The translations under genes and the position numbers were made by a program. Positions 19,382 to 29,263 of a stretch of DNA of 64,000 bases are shown here, piece by piece. The notes beneath the pieces are model-generated. The model was not told where the DNA came from and did no database searches. It saw only the letters and a program-made list of their open reading frames with translations. The DNA is from Candidatus Latescibacterota bacterium (lineage in GTDB: Bacteria; Latescibacterota; UBA2968): NCBI GenBank assembly GCA_965198115.1, contig OZ240241.1, positions 6,208,001-6,272,000 on the forward strand, in the 5' to 3' direction. Within the stretch, counting starts at the first letter, position 1. Every line of letters starts with the position of its first letter.

Positions 19382-21406
19382 TCACACCGTGATGATGAGG
19401 TTGTCCCACTCGTCCCGGTGACATTTCGCCCCCGGTGGAATGACCGTGGTAGCATCGTCATCCTCGACGATCATCGGTCCATCCGTGGGGCTCGTCTCTA
19501 CAGCCGCGCGGTTGACAACGCCGGTTTCGACCCAGCCGATTTCCTTGCCAAAGTAAACGTCGCGCCCGGTTGTGACAGTTTCCGCGCGTGTATCCCTCCT
19601 ACTGAAAACTTCTGCTGATCTCACAGTCGCACGAACACGCAGACAAACCAGCTGTACGGGATCCTTTTCGGACCGATGTCCGTACGTGCGCTCGTGTTCG
19701 GCTTCGAATACGGTTCGGAGGTCGGCCGGCGTCGCATCGTTTGGTATGGCGATCTGAAGCTCGTGGGATTGTCCGGCGTAGCGCAGATCGCTGGTTGCCT
19801 CGATCGACGCATCCGGTAACCGCTTACGCGCTTCGTCCGTCAAGTCTGAGACGGTAGCGTGCAGTTCATCCACGGACAGTGTTTCGAGCTGATGGAGTAA
19901 GGTGCGTACGAGGTCGATCTGCAAGGGTGCGGTCAGCAGTCCGAAGGCACTGAACACACCGGGCGTGGGCGGGATGACGATGCGGGTGACCCCCAGTTCA
20001 CGGGCCATCGCCACGGCGTGCATCGGCCCGCTACCCCCAGCCGCCAGGAGCTGATAATTCCTCGGGTCTCGGCCTCGTTCGGCGGTCACCTCACGGACGG
20101 CCCGGACCATTCGCGCGGCTGCCACGCGACACGCTCCGAAGCAGGCTTCTTCGACAGGCAAATCGAGGACGTTGGCGATCTTTGCTTCGACGACTGCTTG
20201 TGCCGCATCCGGGTCGAGGCTTACGGTCCCGCTCGCCAGACCACCGGCGCCAAGGTAGCCGAGCAAAAGACACGCATCGGTGATCGTCGGCCTTCGGCCT
20301 CCCATTCCATAACAGACCGGGCCTGGATCGGCGCCTGCACTTTCTGGACCGACCTGTAACGCACCTCCCGCGTCGACGCGGATAATGCTGCCACCTCCGG
20401 CCCCGACTTCTGACAGGTCGATGCACGGGGTCCGAATGTGGTAACCTGCGCCGCTCATCAAGCGACTCGAGTGGGAGAACCCTCCCCCTACTTCGAAGTC
20501 AGCCGCCCGCGGCAACGCGCCGTTTTCGATCAGGGAGGCTTTGGCCGTCGTGCCGCCCATATCGAACGCGATAAGGTCGTCGATGCCAATCCGCCGTCCG
20601 AGTTCGGCGGCAGCTACGACTCCCGCGGCCGGTCCCGATTCGATGATGCGGACAGGGTAGGCCGCCGAATCAACGTCGGTGATGCCTCCGGCTGACTGCA
20701 TGATCCAGACCGGCGCTCGCACGTTCAGCCCGTTCAATCGGCCCTGGAGCCCCTGGAGATACTTCCGGACAGGCGGCATCACCGCCGCATTTACGACCGT
20801 CGTACTGGTGCGCTCGTATTCTCGAATCTCGGGAAGTACACGATGGGAAAGGGTGACGGCCGGATCGTCGACGCCTGACAACTTGGCCTCGACGGCCTGC
20901 TCGTGCTGAGGATTGGCATAAGCGTTAAGCAGACAAACTGCGATGGATTCGACACCCTCATCTCTCAACTGCTGAACCGCGTCTTCGACGTCCGTGAGCA
21001 CAAGTGGTTCGGCTATTGATCCATCAGCGCGGGTGCGCTCGCGAACCTCGACGCGCAGCCGTCGTGGAACGATGGGAGGCGGCTTTTCCCAGGTGAGATC
21101 GTAAAGCCGAGGCATTCGCAGACGTCCGATCTCGAGGACATCGCGAAACCCCTGTGTCGTGATGAGACCGGTGCTGGCCCAGTTGCCGTTCAAAATCGCG
21201 TTGGCCGCGACGGTCGTACCGTGGACAATGTCCGCTACCGATGAGCCATCGTGACCGGAGCGCTCCAGGAGTGATCGAAGACCCTGCTCGATCGCCACGC
21301 CGTAGTCATCTGGTGTAGAGGGGATTTTGAGGAGATGGACCGACGCCGTTGAATCTACCGCGACGAAGTCGGTGAAGGTTCCTCCGATGTCGATGCCGAT
21401 TCTCAA
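19382..21406 (-). CDS. Hydantoinase A/oxoprolinase family protein
   Basis: IGIDIGGTFTD, HGTT, ESGPAAG, DMGGTT, GAGGGS, SAGADPGP. Confidence 0.93.
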   Translation of the reverse strand: MRIGIDIGGTFTDFVAVDSTASVHLLKIPSTPDDYGVAIEQGLRSLLERSGHDGSSVADIVHGTTVAANAILNGNWASTGLITTQGFRDVLEIGRLRMPRLYDLTWEKPPPIVPRRLRVEVRERTRADGSIAEPLVLTDVEDAVQQLRDEGVESIAVCLLNAYANPQHEQAVEAKLSGVDDPAVTLSHRVLPEIREYERTSTTVVNAAVMPPVRKYLQGLQGRLNGLNVRAPVWIMQSAGGITDVDSAAYPVRIIESGPAAGVVAAAELGRRIGIDDLIAFDMGGTTAKASLIENGALPRAADFEVGGGFSHSSRLMSGAGYHIRTPCIDLSEVGAGGGSIIRVDAGGALQVGPESAGADPGPVCYGMGGRRPTITDACLLLGYLGAGGLASGTVSLDPDAAQAVVEAKIANVLDLPVEEACFGACRVAAARMVRAVREVTAERGRDPRNYQLLAAGGSGPMHAVAMARELGVTRIVIPPTPGVFSAFGLLTAPLQIDLVRTLLHQLETLSVDELHATVSDLTDEARKRLPDASIEATSDLRYAGQSHELQIAIPNDATPADLRTVFEAEHERTYGHRSEKDPVQLVCLRVRATVRSAEVFSRRDTRAETVTTGRDVYFGKEIGWVETGVVNRAAVETSPTDGPMIVEDDDATTVIPPGAKCHRDEWDNLIITV

Positions 21407-21629
21407 TTCTCAACCCAGGAGACACGACCAAAACCTTTGGAACCATCCCTCGACTTCGCTCGGGACAGGCTCCTGAACACGGATGAACACGAATGGGTAG
21501 CAACCCGTCGATTGTAGCCCTATTCGGGGAGATGATTTGGCCGTGCCTAGAGATTCCTTGTACGTAGCATCGATGATTACCGGCGAAGTGAACGACAATA
21601 GAACAAGCAGGGAATGATGATCACCTTCG

Positions 21630-22102
21630 TTACGGTTTGACGGAGGCCACCTCACCACTTCTGAAGTAAACTTCCAGCTCGCCGTTGCCTTTGTCGTCCG
21701 ATCCGGCCGAGACGAGCGTTTCTCCCGATGTCGTGTAGACTGCGATGAGTCCGCCGTCGGTGTCTCTTCCCGCGCCCGCGTAGACGAGGTTGTGACCGCC
21801 ACCGGAGTAGACGCGAACCATTCCGTTTCCGACGTCGCTTTGGGCGATGGTTGTCGTCCGGTTTCCGTCGGTGTTCCGGACGTCGATTCGGCCACCGAGC
21901 ATCCAGTGGTCCAGGCTGACGACCGATTCGCCTGCTTCGTTCACGATCTGGAGTTCTGACACCGGATCGTTTCGTGTTCCCCCTCGTGTGACGCTCCGAT
22001 TGACAAACCGGCTACCAACAGAAGAATCACGACGGTGGTCGCCACCTGCCATTGCCTCACCTGACGCTCCAATCGCTTCACGCGCTTCTCGATCGGGTTC
22101 AC
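21630..22102 (-). CDS. Hypothetical membrane-anchored/exported protein with Gly-rich beta repeats, frameshift ~21950
   Basis: GGAGG RBS and GTG 22102: MNPIEKRVKRLERQVR-TM helix-IRCQ, then LQIVNEAG... in the adjacent frame. Confidence 0.6.
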
Positions 22103-22161
22103 AGCATACCTCCTTTGGTGAATACTCACTGCGTGCCTGCTGCATTGGATACTGGAGTGTA

Positions 22162-23064
22162 CTACGCGCGAATGGCCTTAAGTCGAGGGATCAGGACGTC
22201 GCAATCGCAGTCGTGCGGCTGACCTTCCCAATGGCCATCCTCGCTTGCGTCTTCGCGGGACCGGTAGGCTTCCATCGCGATGGGTACGTCCAGGCGATGG
22301 AAGCGGGTCGTGAACCAGCCGTCATCTGACAGCGTGACCTCACGGAACCCGAAGGGGTAACCGATGAGACAAGCTGTGTCGACGATCAGGAAATCGCGGT
22401 AGGCCGTGATACGGTTGATGTGCATGTGACCTGTAAAAACGGCGACGATAGATAGACATTCGGACACGGTTTCCAGCAGACGGCGTGCCCCCTCAACGCA
22501 TCCTCGCCCCTCTGTACCTTCCTCAGGTGTCGCATTCGGGAGGATCCAGGAGTGTAGGAAGAGAACGGTGGGTGTCCGATCGGCGAGGGCTTGGCGGTCC
22601 GCCTCGCGAAGGTGCGTATCGTGCGCGTCTGTCCATTCACCCGAGCCCTTTTCCTTCGTGTCGCCGAGGAATACGTTCGCACGCAAGATGTGCAGGTCGG
22701 ACGCGACACGATCCACCGCGATCGGCTCGGAGGCACCGAAGGCCTCGTGAAACACATCGAATTTCCACGTCTGGGCGTCACAGTCGTGATTGCCTGTAAC
22801 GGGGTAAAACTCCGCAGCGAACCCGTCGAACGAGTCCCTAACATCCTGGACGGACTGGCAGAGGATGTCGGTGGGAAGGTCGAAGGCACTACCACCGCAC
22901 AGAAAGTCACCGCCGTGGACGATGAACTCGGGAGCGAGCGTGTTGACCGCTGGCACCAAGGCGTCGTGGATCTCCCTCCCCTTGGTCAGCATCTTGGGAG
23001 CGCCGTAATCTTTGGGCGCGTTGCGCCAGTAGTGAGAGTCGGTGACGAAGACGAATCGGTTCAT
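22162..23064 (-). CDS. Calcineurin-like metallophosphoesterase
   Basis: TDSH, GGD, GNHD, GHMH motifs. Confidence 0.9.
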   Translation of the reverse strand: MNRFVFVTDSHYWRNAPKDYGAPKMLTKGREIHDALVPAVNTLAPEFIVHGGDFLCGGSAFDLPTDILCQSVQDVRDSFDGFAAEFYPVTGNHDCDAQTWKFDVFHEAFGASEPIAVDRVASDLHILRANVFLGDTKEKGSGEWTDAHDTHLREADRQALADRTPTVLFLHSWILPNATPEEGTEGRGCVEGARRLLETVSECLSIVAVFTGHMHINRITAYRDFLIVDTACLIGYPFGFREVTLSDDGWFTTRFHRLDVPIAMEAYRSREDASEDGHWEGQPHDCDCDVLIPRLKAIRA

Positions 23065-23227
23065 TTGAAAACCCTACCAATGAGAACACGGAGATCACGG
23101 AGGAAGCCCAGCTACAGATTTCGGGTATGGCCGCGATCTTCGATGGTGTGATTGGAATGAGGTGGAGATCCTCTAAAATGACAGCATAAGGTCATCGAAA
23201 ATGTCTGTTACGGTTCCTGACTCCCAT

Positions 23228-24184
23228 CTATGGACTGGGGAGCCATTTCAGGGGGATTTCGAAGGTCCATTTCTCGGGTGGAAGACAGTATGTGAGGGTG
23301 CACGCCTGGGCTTCGAGACAGATTTTCAGTGCGACGTCTTCCCGAACATTGAACCGTAGGCCCGTTTTGAGCGTGACAAGACTCTCGTAGACGTGCAGCT
23401 GATCATCAATCCCGGGGATGTGGTGCGACCTGGGTTCGGGATAGTCGAATGGATCGACCGTCACGCCATCGATCGGGTCGATCTCGATCGTGAAAGGGAC
23501 GTAGCCGTCAGGCAGTGGAGCTGCCTGGACGTGGTAGCCGTCGCGGATGTCGAGTTCGACGATGAGGGTGTGGACTTGCCCGCGGCGAATGGTGTCTGCC
23601 GAGAGGTAGACGCCCGCGCTGCAAGCGGTCGACTCGATCTTGTGAATCGTTCCGTGAGAAGCGCTGGGGACGCGGAACGTCTCCTGGGTCATACGGGCGA
23701 TCGAATCACGCGTGATGTGGTCTGCAAAGAACGACCGATCGAAAACGATGCCGCGTTCGTCGACCATATACGTCCCGGGATAGGGAATACCGTACCAGTG
23801 GTGATCTTTTGGGACCGCGTTGTTGAAGATCCCAAAGGTTTTCATGACGGTACCGTTGCTGTCGGAGAGTAGAGGATAGTCGATCCCGTGCCTGGCAGAG
23901 AATTCGGCGAGTGTCTCGACCGGGTCATAGCTGATGGCGTAGGGTTTGACGCCACCTTCCAGCAAGCTGATCAGGCTGTCCTCCAGCTCCACGAGCTGAA
24001 CCTTGCAAAAGCCTCACCAGGCTGCGCTGCGGTGGAAGAGAATGAGGCTGCGATGTCGACCGTCTGGCGCGTATGCGACGGGCTCTCCGTGCTGGTCGGG
24101 GAGCTCGAACCTCGGAACGAGTTCTCCAATGCTCGGACCCTTGTGGAAGTCTTCGGTTAGGGGGTCGACTTCAGGATTTGGCAA
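23228..24184 (-). CDS. AhpC/TSA peroxiredoxin-like selenoprotein (UxxC) fused to a DsbD N-terminal-like domain
   Basis: TTG 24184: ...GPSIGELVPRFELPDQHG...LFHRSAAW[TGA 24016-24014]GFCKVQLVELE, in frame with 23228-23992; C-terminal YHVQA...QACTLTYCLPP. Confidence 0.8.
23982..24000 (-). promoter_or_regulatory. Candidate bacterial SECIS hairpin
   Basis: TTCAGCTC-GTG-GAGCTGGA; loop starts with G, 21 nt 3' of the UGA. Confidence 0.65.
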
Positions 24185-24386
24185 TGGATTCTCGCGATCT
24201 GAAAGGCAGCCACTGAGGACACGGAGGGCAGTGACGAGTTCGGGATCGGGCCCTATTCGGGGACCGGCTACTCCGCTGGCCGACGATCGCCGGCGATGGA
24301 TGCCCAGACAATATGGAGTCTGGATGCGAGTTGCTCAAGGATGGTGGTTTGACCGTGGTTTCTGATTTGGGTACTCTTGCGCCGTT

Positions 24387-25091
24387 ATGGATCGATCTCA
24401 CGCACTTGCATTCCAGGGTGTCTCCAAGATCTATGAAACCGAAGGCGGGGGCCGCCTCGCAGCGCTGGATGACGTGTCGTTCGCAGTCGAAGCGGGACGG
24501 ATCGTGTCGATCGTGGGGCGAAGCGGCAGCGGGAAGTCGACGCTGCTTCATCTCGCTGCGGGGATCGACATTCCTACGCGGGGTGACGTCGCGGTAGATG
24601 GACAATCGCTGTCAGGTTTGTCTGAAGAAGCGCGAACGCTGCTGCGGCGGAACGAGATCGGGCTCATCTTCCAGTTTTTCTACCTGATACAGCATCTATC
24701 GGTCTACGACAACGTGGCCCTGCCGTCGATGATCGCGGGTGATCGCTCGAAGGACGTGGAGCGACGTGTGATGGATTTGCTCGATCGCGTGGGGATGGCC
24801 GGTCGATCAAGGGAACACGTTCAGAAGCTGTCTGGCGGAGAGATGCAACGGGTTGCCATTTGTCGGGCACTGCTCAAGAAACCAAGGTTGCTGTTGGCCG
24901 ACGAACCAACGGGCAACCTGGACGATGAGAATGGCAGTCTGGTGATGGATCTGATGCTGTCATTGGCCCGCGAGGAAAACAGCACACTGATCTATGTGAC
25001 ACACAGTCCCGTGTTTGCTCAATTGGCTGACGAGATGTGGGAGATCCATAGCGGGAGGGTGGATCAAGGCAAAAGGAAAAGTGCAAAATAA
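24387..25091 (+). CDS. ABC transporter ATP-binding protein (LolD/MacB-like)
   Basis: GRSGSGKST, LSGGEMQR, LADEPTGNLD. Confidence 0.93.
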   Translation: MDRSHALAFQGVSKIYETEGGGRLAALDDVSFAVEAGRIVSIVGRSGSGKSTLLHLAAGIDIPTRGDVAVDGQSLSGLSEEARTLLRRNEIGLIFQFFYLIQHLSVYDNVALPSMIAGDRSKDVERRVMDLLDRVGMAGRSREHVQKLSGGEMQRVAICRALLKKPRLLLADEPTGNLDDENGSLVMDLMLSLAREENSTLIYVTHSPVFAQLADEMWEIHSGRVDQGKRKSAK

Positions 25092-25232
25092 CCGTGATTG
25101 GAAAAGTGGCCCCGAGGCCACTTTTATTGAGGATGGGACATCGGGACGTAGAACATTGGGCGCTGGACGTTCAGAGGGTATACGTGCCTGCTTTGAGAAC
25201 ACTTCTTGCCTGTGTCCATCGTGGATCAGAAT

Positions 25233-25345
25233 TGTCATCCCGGCAGGCATCAGGCCGGGATTCATTTTCGTTTAGGCAATTCAGAGAGTAGACCCCCCTT
25301 CGACGGGCTCAGGACAGGCGGCTCCAAAAGCGTACCGGGGTGACA
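25233..25345. repeat. Palindromic intergenic repeat TGTCATCCCGGC...CCGGGGTGACA with a nested REP-like unit
   Basis: Second copy at 49909-49991; REP-like unit at 25296-25319 sits in the right arm. Confidence 0.65.
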
Positions 25346-25382
25346 GTTATGTGTCGCGAGAGAGTAACCTGACCAAGCGGAT

Positions 25383-28046
25383 ATGATTCGGTATTTCTCA
25401 AAGGCACTCGGAGCTCACTTCAGGGCGGGACGTAGTCTGTATGTCCTGACCGTGTTCGGTGTGGCGTTGGGTGTAGCTTCCGTGCTGTCGATCCAGATCA
25501 TCAATCGCAACGCGTTGGCGGCTTTCGAGGGCAGCGTGACGGCTGTGAGCGGTGAAGCGGATCTTTCGGTGTTGGGGCGGACGCCCACCTTCCAGGACAC
25601 CCTGTTTCCGACCGTGCTGGCGACAAAAGGCGTGCGTGCAGCCTGGCCACTTTTTCGCATCGAGGTGTTGCTGAAGCAGAACGGCCTGTTGGAAGGGGAT
25701 GGAAGATCGCGTGTTTTTCTGGATGTGATCGGGGCGGATTTCTTTGCGCCGATGGACCTGCCCTGGATGAAAGGCGCCACTGAGGACACTGAGAGCACTG
25801 AGGGGGTGACCTGGAGACACGGTCCAGGTTCCGAGTTGCGTAGACATTCTGAAGACGCTGAAAAGGTCGGAGGCCGGGGGAATGCGTGGTTGTGGGAGCG
25901 GGGGTGGTGTGCGGTGACGCCGGCGATGGCGGAGCGGATGGGGTGGTCGGTGGGAGACACCTTCGAGGTGGCCGTCGGGTCACGAACAGTGACGTTGGCG
26001 GTGGGCGCGATGATTGATTTTCAGGCGCTGAGCCCATTGGCTAGCCCGAAGCTGGTGGCGATGGACATCTCTCAGGCTCAGGCCCTTTTCGGGCGGTCCG
26101 GTGAGATCCATCAAATCGATGTCAAGCTGGATGAGGGTGTGGAGCTACAAGTCGTTCAAGCGAATCTTCAGCGACGATTGGGTATGTCTGTTCGTGTGGC
26201 GACCCCTGTCGAGCGCGGTCAACAAGCAGAAGGTCTGCTGTCGGCATTTCGGCTGAACCTGACGGCGCTGAGCCTGATCAGTCTTTTCGTGGGGCTCTTT
26301 CTCGTTTACAGCAGTACACAGGCCTCACTGATCCGGCGTCGCGAGGAGTTCGGTCTGTTGCGGTCGATCGGTGGGACACCCAGACAGGTGTTCGCGATTA
26401 TCGTGGGCGAAGTCGCGCTTCTGGGTGCGTTGGGTGTGGCTCTGGGTCTTCCGATGGGCTATTGGGTCGCACAGGCGAATGTCGATATGGTAAGTGCGAC
26501 GCTGTCGAATCTGTATCTGCTGGAGGAGATTTCGACGTTGGAGTTACCGGCGTGGCTCTACACGATGGGAGCGACGATCGGGATCGGCGGCGCGATGGCG
26601 GGGGCCGTCCTACCCGCGCTGGATATGAGCCGGCGAGACACGCGATCCCTTCTTGCCGCGTTCACGCTGCACGAGAAGATCGGATCCCTGGCCCCCAAGC
26701 TGTTCTCGACGGGCGTTTTGGTTCTGCTCCTTTCGGCGGTCTGGTATGCGACCATCGGACACGCGTGGAAACACGCGGGCTTCGCGATGGGCGTCGGGCT
26801 GCTGTTGGGTCTTCCGCTGATGACACCGCTCACGGTTCGCGCGCTCTGTGGGCGCATCCGAGTGGTGGACTTCGGGTTGGCGTATAGCCTGCGCGGACTG
26901 GGCGTGCGTCTGCAGACGACCGCGTTCGCCGTGGCGTCCCTTGCGATCGCGGTGAGTATGCTGATCGGGATCACGTTGATGATCGGGAGCTTCCGGCAAA
27001 CGCTCGAGGTCTGGATTGATAGATCGATCCAGGCGGACATTTATGTAGCGCCGATGTCGTGGCGAGGAAAAGGGAGCGAGGGGACGCTGGATCGCGGGAC
27101 GATCGAGGCGCTGACCGAGCATCCGGCGGTCGTGGGTGTGGATCTCCTGCGTGGATTCATCGGGTATGCCGCCGCCCGTGACGGGAGTGCGGAGGACCAA
27201 CACATTGGACTGGCGGGCGTGGTGATGGGGCTCGAAGGAGGCGATGTTCGCTTTCCTCTTTTGCAGGGAGACCGAGAAGAAGCCTACCGAATCGTGACAG
27301 AGCGCGGCGGCGTTTTCATCGGTGAGACCCTGGCTCGTAAGATGGACGTCTGGGTGGGCGACGTGCTGTCGATTTACACGCCCGAGGGCGTGCGGCCTTT
27401 CGAGATTGCCGCTGTTTATTACGATTACAGCACGGAGGGCGGCGCAGCGGTGATGGATCTGGCTACGATGGAGAAGGCGTTCGGGTCTGGTGGGATCAAC
27501 AGCATCGCGCTCTACCTGACGTCGGAATCCGACCCCGAACGTGTGGTCGACGATCTGAAGGCTGCTCTGCCGGACGTCCCGCTGCAGATTCGCAGCAATC
27601 AGCGGCTTCGCGAGCAAGTTTTCAAGATTTTCGATCAGACGTTTGCCGTGACCCGACTGCTGAAAGGGATGAGTCTGGTGATTGCGGTGTGTGGCATTGC
27701 GTTGATGCTGATCGTTCTGGCGCGCGAGCAGGTGTCTGAACTCGCGTTGTATCGATCGATTGGAGCGACGCGAAGGCAGCTTTTCAAGATCTATGTCGGA
27801 AAGGGTCTGGGAATGGGGACGCTAGGCCTTCTACTCGGGTTGTTTGGAGGTGTTCTGCTGGCCGGTCTGCTGATTTTCGTGATCAATCGAGCTTATTTCG
27901 GGTGGACGATTCAGCCCTCCTTCGCGTGGGAGGCGATCGCTCAGCAGTGCGTGACGATCCTTGGAGCGGCTGTGGTGGCGAGTCTTTACCCGGCGCTGGC
28001 GGCGAGTCGGACGCCGGCGACAGAGTTGTCGAGGGAAAACCTTTGA
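25383..28046 (+). CDS. FtsX/MacB-like ABC permease (duplicated architecture)
   Basis: Two periplasmic + TM blocks; RRREEFGLLRSIG and ELALYRSIGA. Confidence 0.9.
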   Translation: MIRYFSKALGAHFRAGRSLYVLTVFGVALGVASVLSIQIINRNALAAFEGSVTAVSGEADLSVLGRTPTFQDTLFPTVLATKGVRAAWPLFRIEVLLKQNGLLEGDGRSRVFLDVIGADFFAPMDLPWMKGATEDTESTEGVTWRHGPGSELRRHSEDAEKVGGRGNAWLWERGWCAVTPAMAERMGWSVGDTFEVAVGSRTVTLAVGAMIDFQALSPLASPKLVAMDISQAQALFGRSGEIHQIDVKLDEGVELQVVQANLQRRLGMSVRVATPVERGQQAEGLLSAFRLNLTALSLISLFVGLFLVYSSTQASLIRRREEFGLLRSIGGTPRQVFAIIVGEVALLGALGVALGLPMGYWVAQANVDMVSATLSNLYLLEEISTLELPAWLYTMGATIGIGGAMAGAVLPALDMSRRDTRSLLAAFTLHEKIGSLAPKLFSTGVLVLLLSAVWYATIGHAWKHAGFAMGVGLLLGLPLMTPLTVRALCGRIRVVDFGLAYSLRGLGVRLQTTAFAVASLAIAVSMLIGITLMIGSFRQTLEVWIDRSIQADIYVAPMSWRGKGSEGTLDRGTIEALTEHPAVVGVDLLRGFIGYAAARDGSAEDQHIGLAGVVMGLEGGDVRFPLLQGDREEAYRIVTERGGVFIGETLARKMDVWVGDVLSIYTPEGVRPFEIAAVYYDYSTEGGAAVMDLATMEKAFGSGGINSIALYLTSESDPERVVDDLKAALPDVPLQIRSNQRLREQVFKIFDQTFAVTRLLKGMSLVIAVCGIALMLIVLAREQVSELALYRSIGATRRQLFKIYVGKGLGMGTLGLLLGLFGGVLLAGLLIFVINRAYFGWTIQPSFAWEAIAQQCVTILGAAVVASLYPALAASRTPATELSRENL

Positions 28047-28060
28047 ACGGATATTGAACA

Positions 28061-29248
28061 TTGAAGATAGAGCATAGAACATTGTGGGTGATGGGCGTTG
28101 CCGCCATGGCTGTCGTGGTTGTCTTACCGTTGATGGCTGTTGACGAGTGGCAGGTGGCACAGGAGGATTACGTGTGGTCTTTTCCGGAGGATCATTGGGC
28201 GCGGGAGGCGTATAAGACGGAGTGGTGGTATTTCACGGGGCACCTTGAAGCGGAGACGGGAGAGCGGTTCGGGTATCAGTTCACGTTCTTTCGTGTGGGG
28301 CTGCTGAGACAGACGCCCGACCTCGCGTCTTCGTGGGTGGCGAAGGATTTGGTAATGGGACACACGGCTGTTACCACGCTGGGGAGTGGGGGGCCCCTTC
28401 GACTCCGCTCAGGACAGGCAGGGGGCAGGGGGGAGAAAGGCGGTCACAGATTTAGTGAAGTGCTGTATCGCGCGAGTCCTCTGTTGGGCGGGTTCGGTGC
28501 GTTTCCAGATTCGACGATTGCGTGGTGTCGCGGTCCGGCGGGGACGGATGGGGACTGGCGGTTGACGTGGAACGGATCGGCGTTCGATTTCGAGATGGTC
28601 GACGAGAAGTTGGGATTCGCGTTCCGACTGAAGACACTACCCGAAAAGTCTCTAACCTTTCAGGGACCCAATGGGTTCAGTCGAAAGGGGGAGGGTCCCA
28701 CCGCCGCGAGCCAGTATTACAGCTTCACCCGATTGATCACGAATGGTGAAGTGACACTCGACGAGGAGACGTTCGTCGTTGCGGGGATGAGCTGGATGGA
28801 CAAGGAATTCGGGTCCAATCAGCTTGGCGAAGACCAGGTAGGGTGGGACTGGTTCAGTCTCCAGTTGGCCGACGGTCGCGATCTGATGCTCTACGTCCTG
28901 CGGGATGCACAGGGCGATGTCGATTATTCGAGCGGGTCGTTAGTCGAGGCATCGGGGGATACGCGTTACCTGACCGAGGACGACTTCGAGCTTTCAGAGA
29001 CGGACACGTGGGTCAGTCCGGACGGTGTGACGATGTATCCGGCCCGATGGCGTCTGTCGATTCCGTCAGCCGATCTGGTCTGTGAGATTCGACCGGAACT
29101 GGCCGATCAGGAAAACCGGTCCGAAATCATTCCCACGATGCGCTATTGGGAGGGGGCCGTTCGTGTGGTAGACACAGCGAGCGGTGGACTCGGTCAGGGA
29201 TATGTCGAGCTGACAGGCTACGGAGACAGTAGTCGGCCAGCAATCTAG
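28061..29248 (+). CDS. Lipocalin-like/CrtC-AttH family secreted protein
   Basis: FPEDH, TEWWYFTG, YYSFTRL, WMDKEFG, GWDWF, YWEG, GYVELTGY. Confidence 0.88.
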   Translation: MKIEHRTLWVMGVAAMAVVVVLPLMAVDEWQVAQEDYVWSFPEDHWAREAYKTEWWYFTGHLEAETGERFGYQFTFFRVGLLRQTPDLASSWVAKDLVMGHTAVTTLGSGGPLRLRSGQAGGRGEKGGHRFSEVLYRASPLLGGFGAFPDSTIAWCRGPAGTDGDWRLTWNGSAFDFEMVDEKLGFAFRLKTLPEKSLTFQGPNGFSRKGEGPTAASQYYSFTRLITNGEVTLDEETFVVAGMSWMDKEFGSNQLGEDQVGWDWFSLQLADGRDLMLYVLRDAQGDVDYSSGSLVEASGDTRYLTEDDFELSETDTWVSPDGVTMYPARWRLSIPSADLVCEIRPELADQENRSEIIPTMRYWEGAVRVVDTASGGLGQGYVELTGYGDSSRPAI

Positions 29249-29263
29249 GTAGACGGTCGACGG

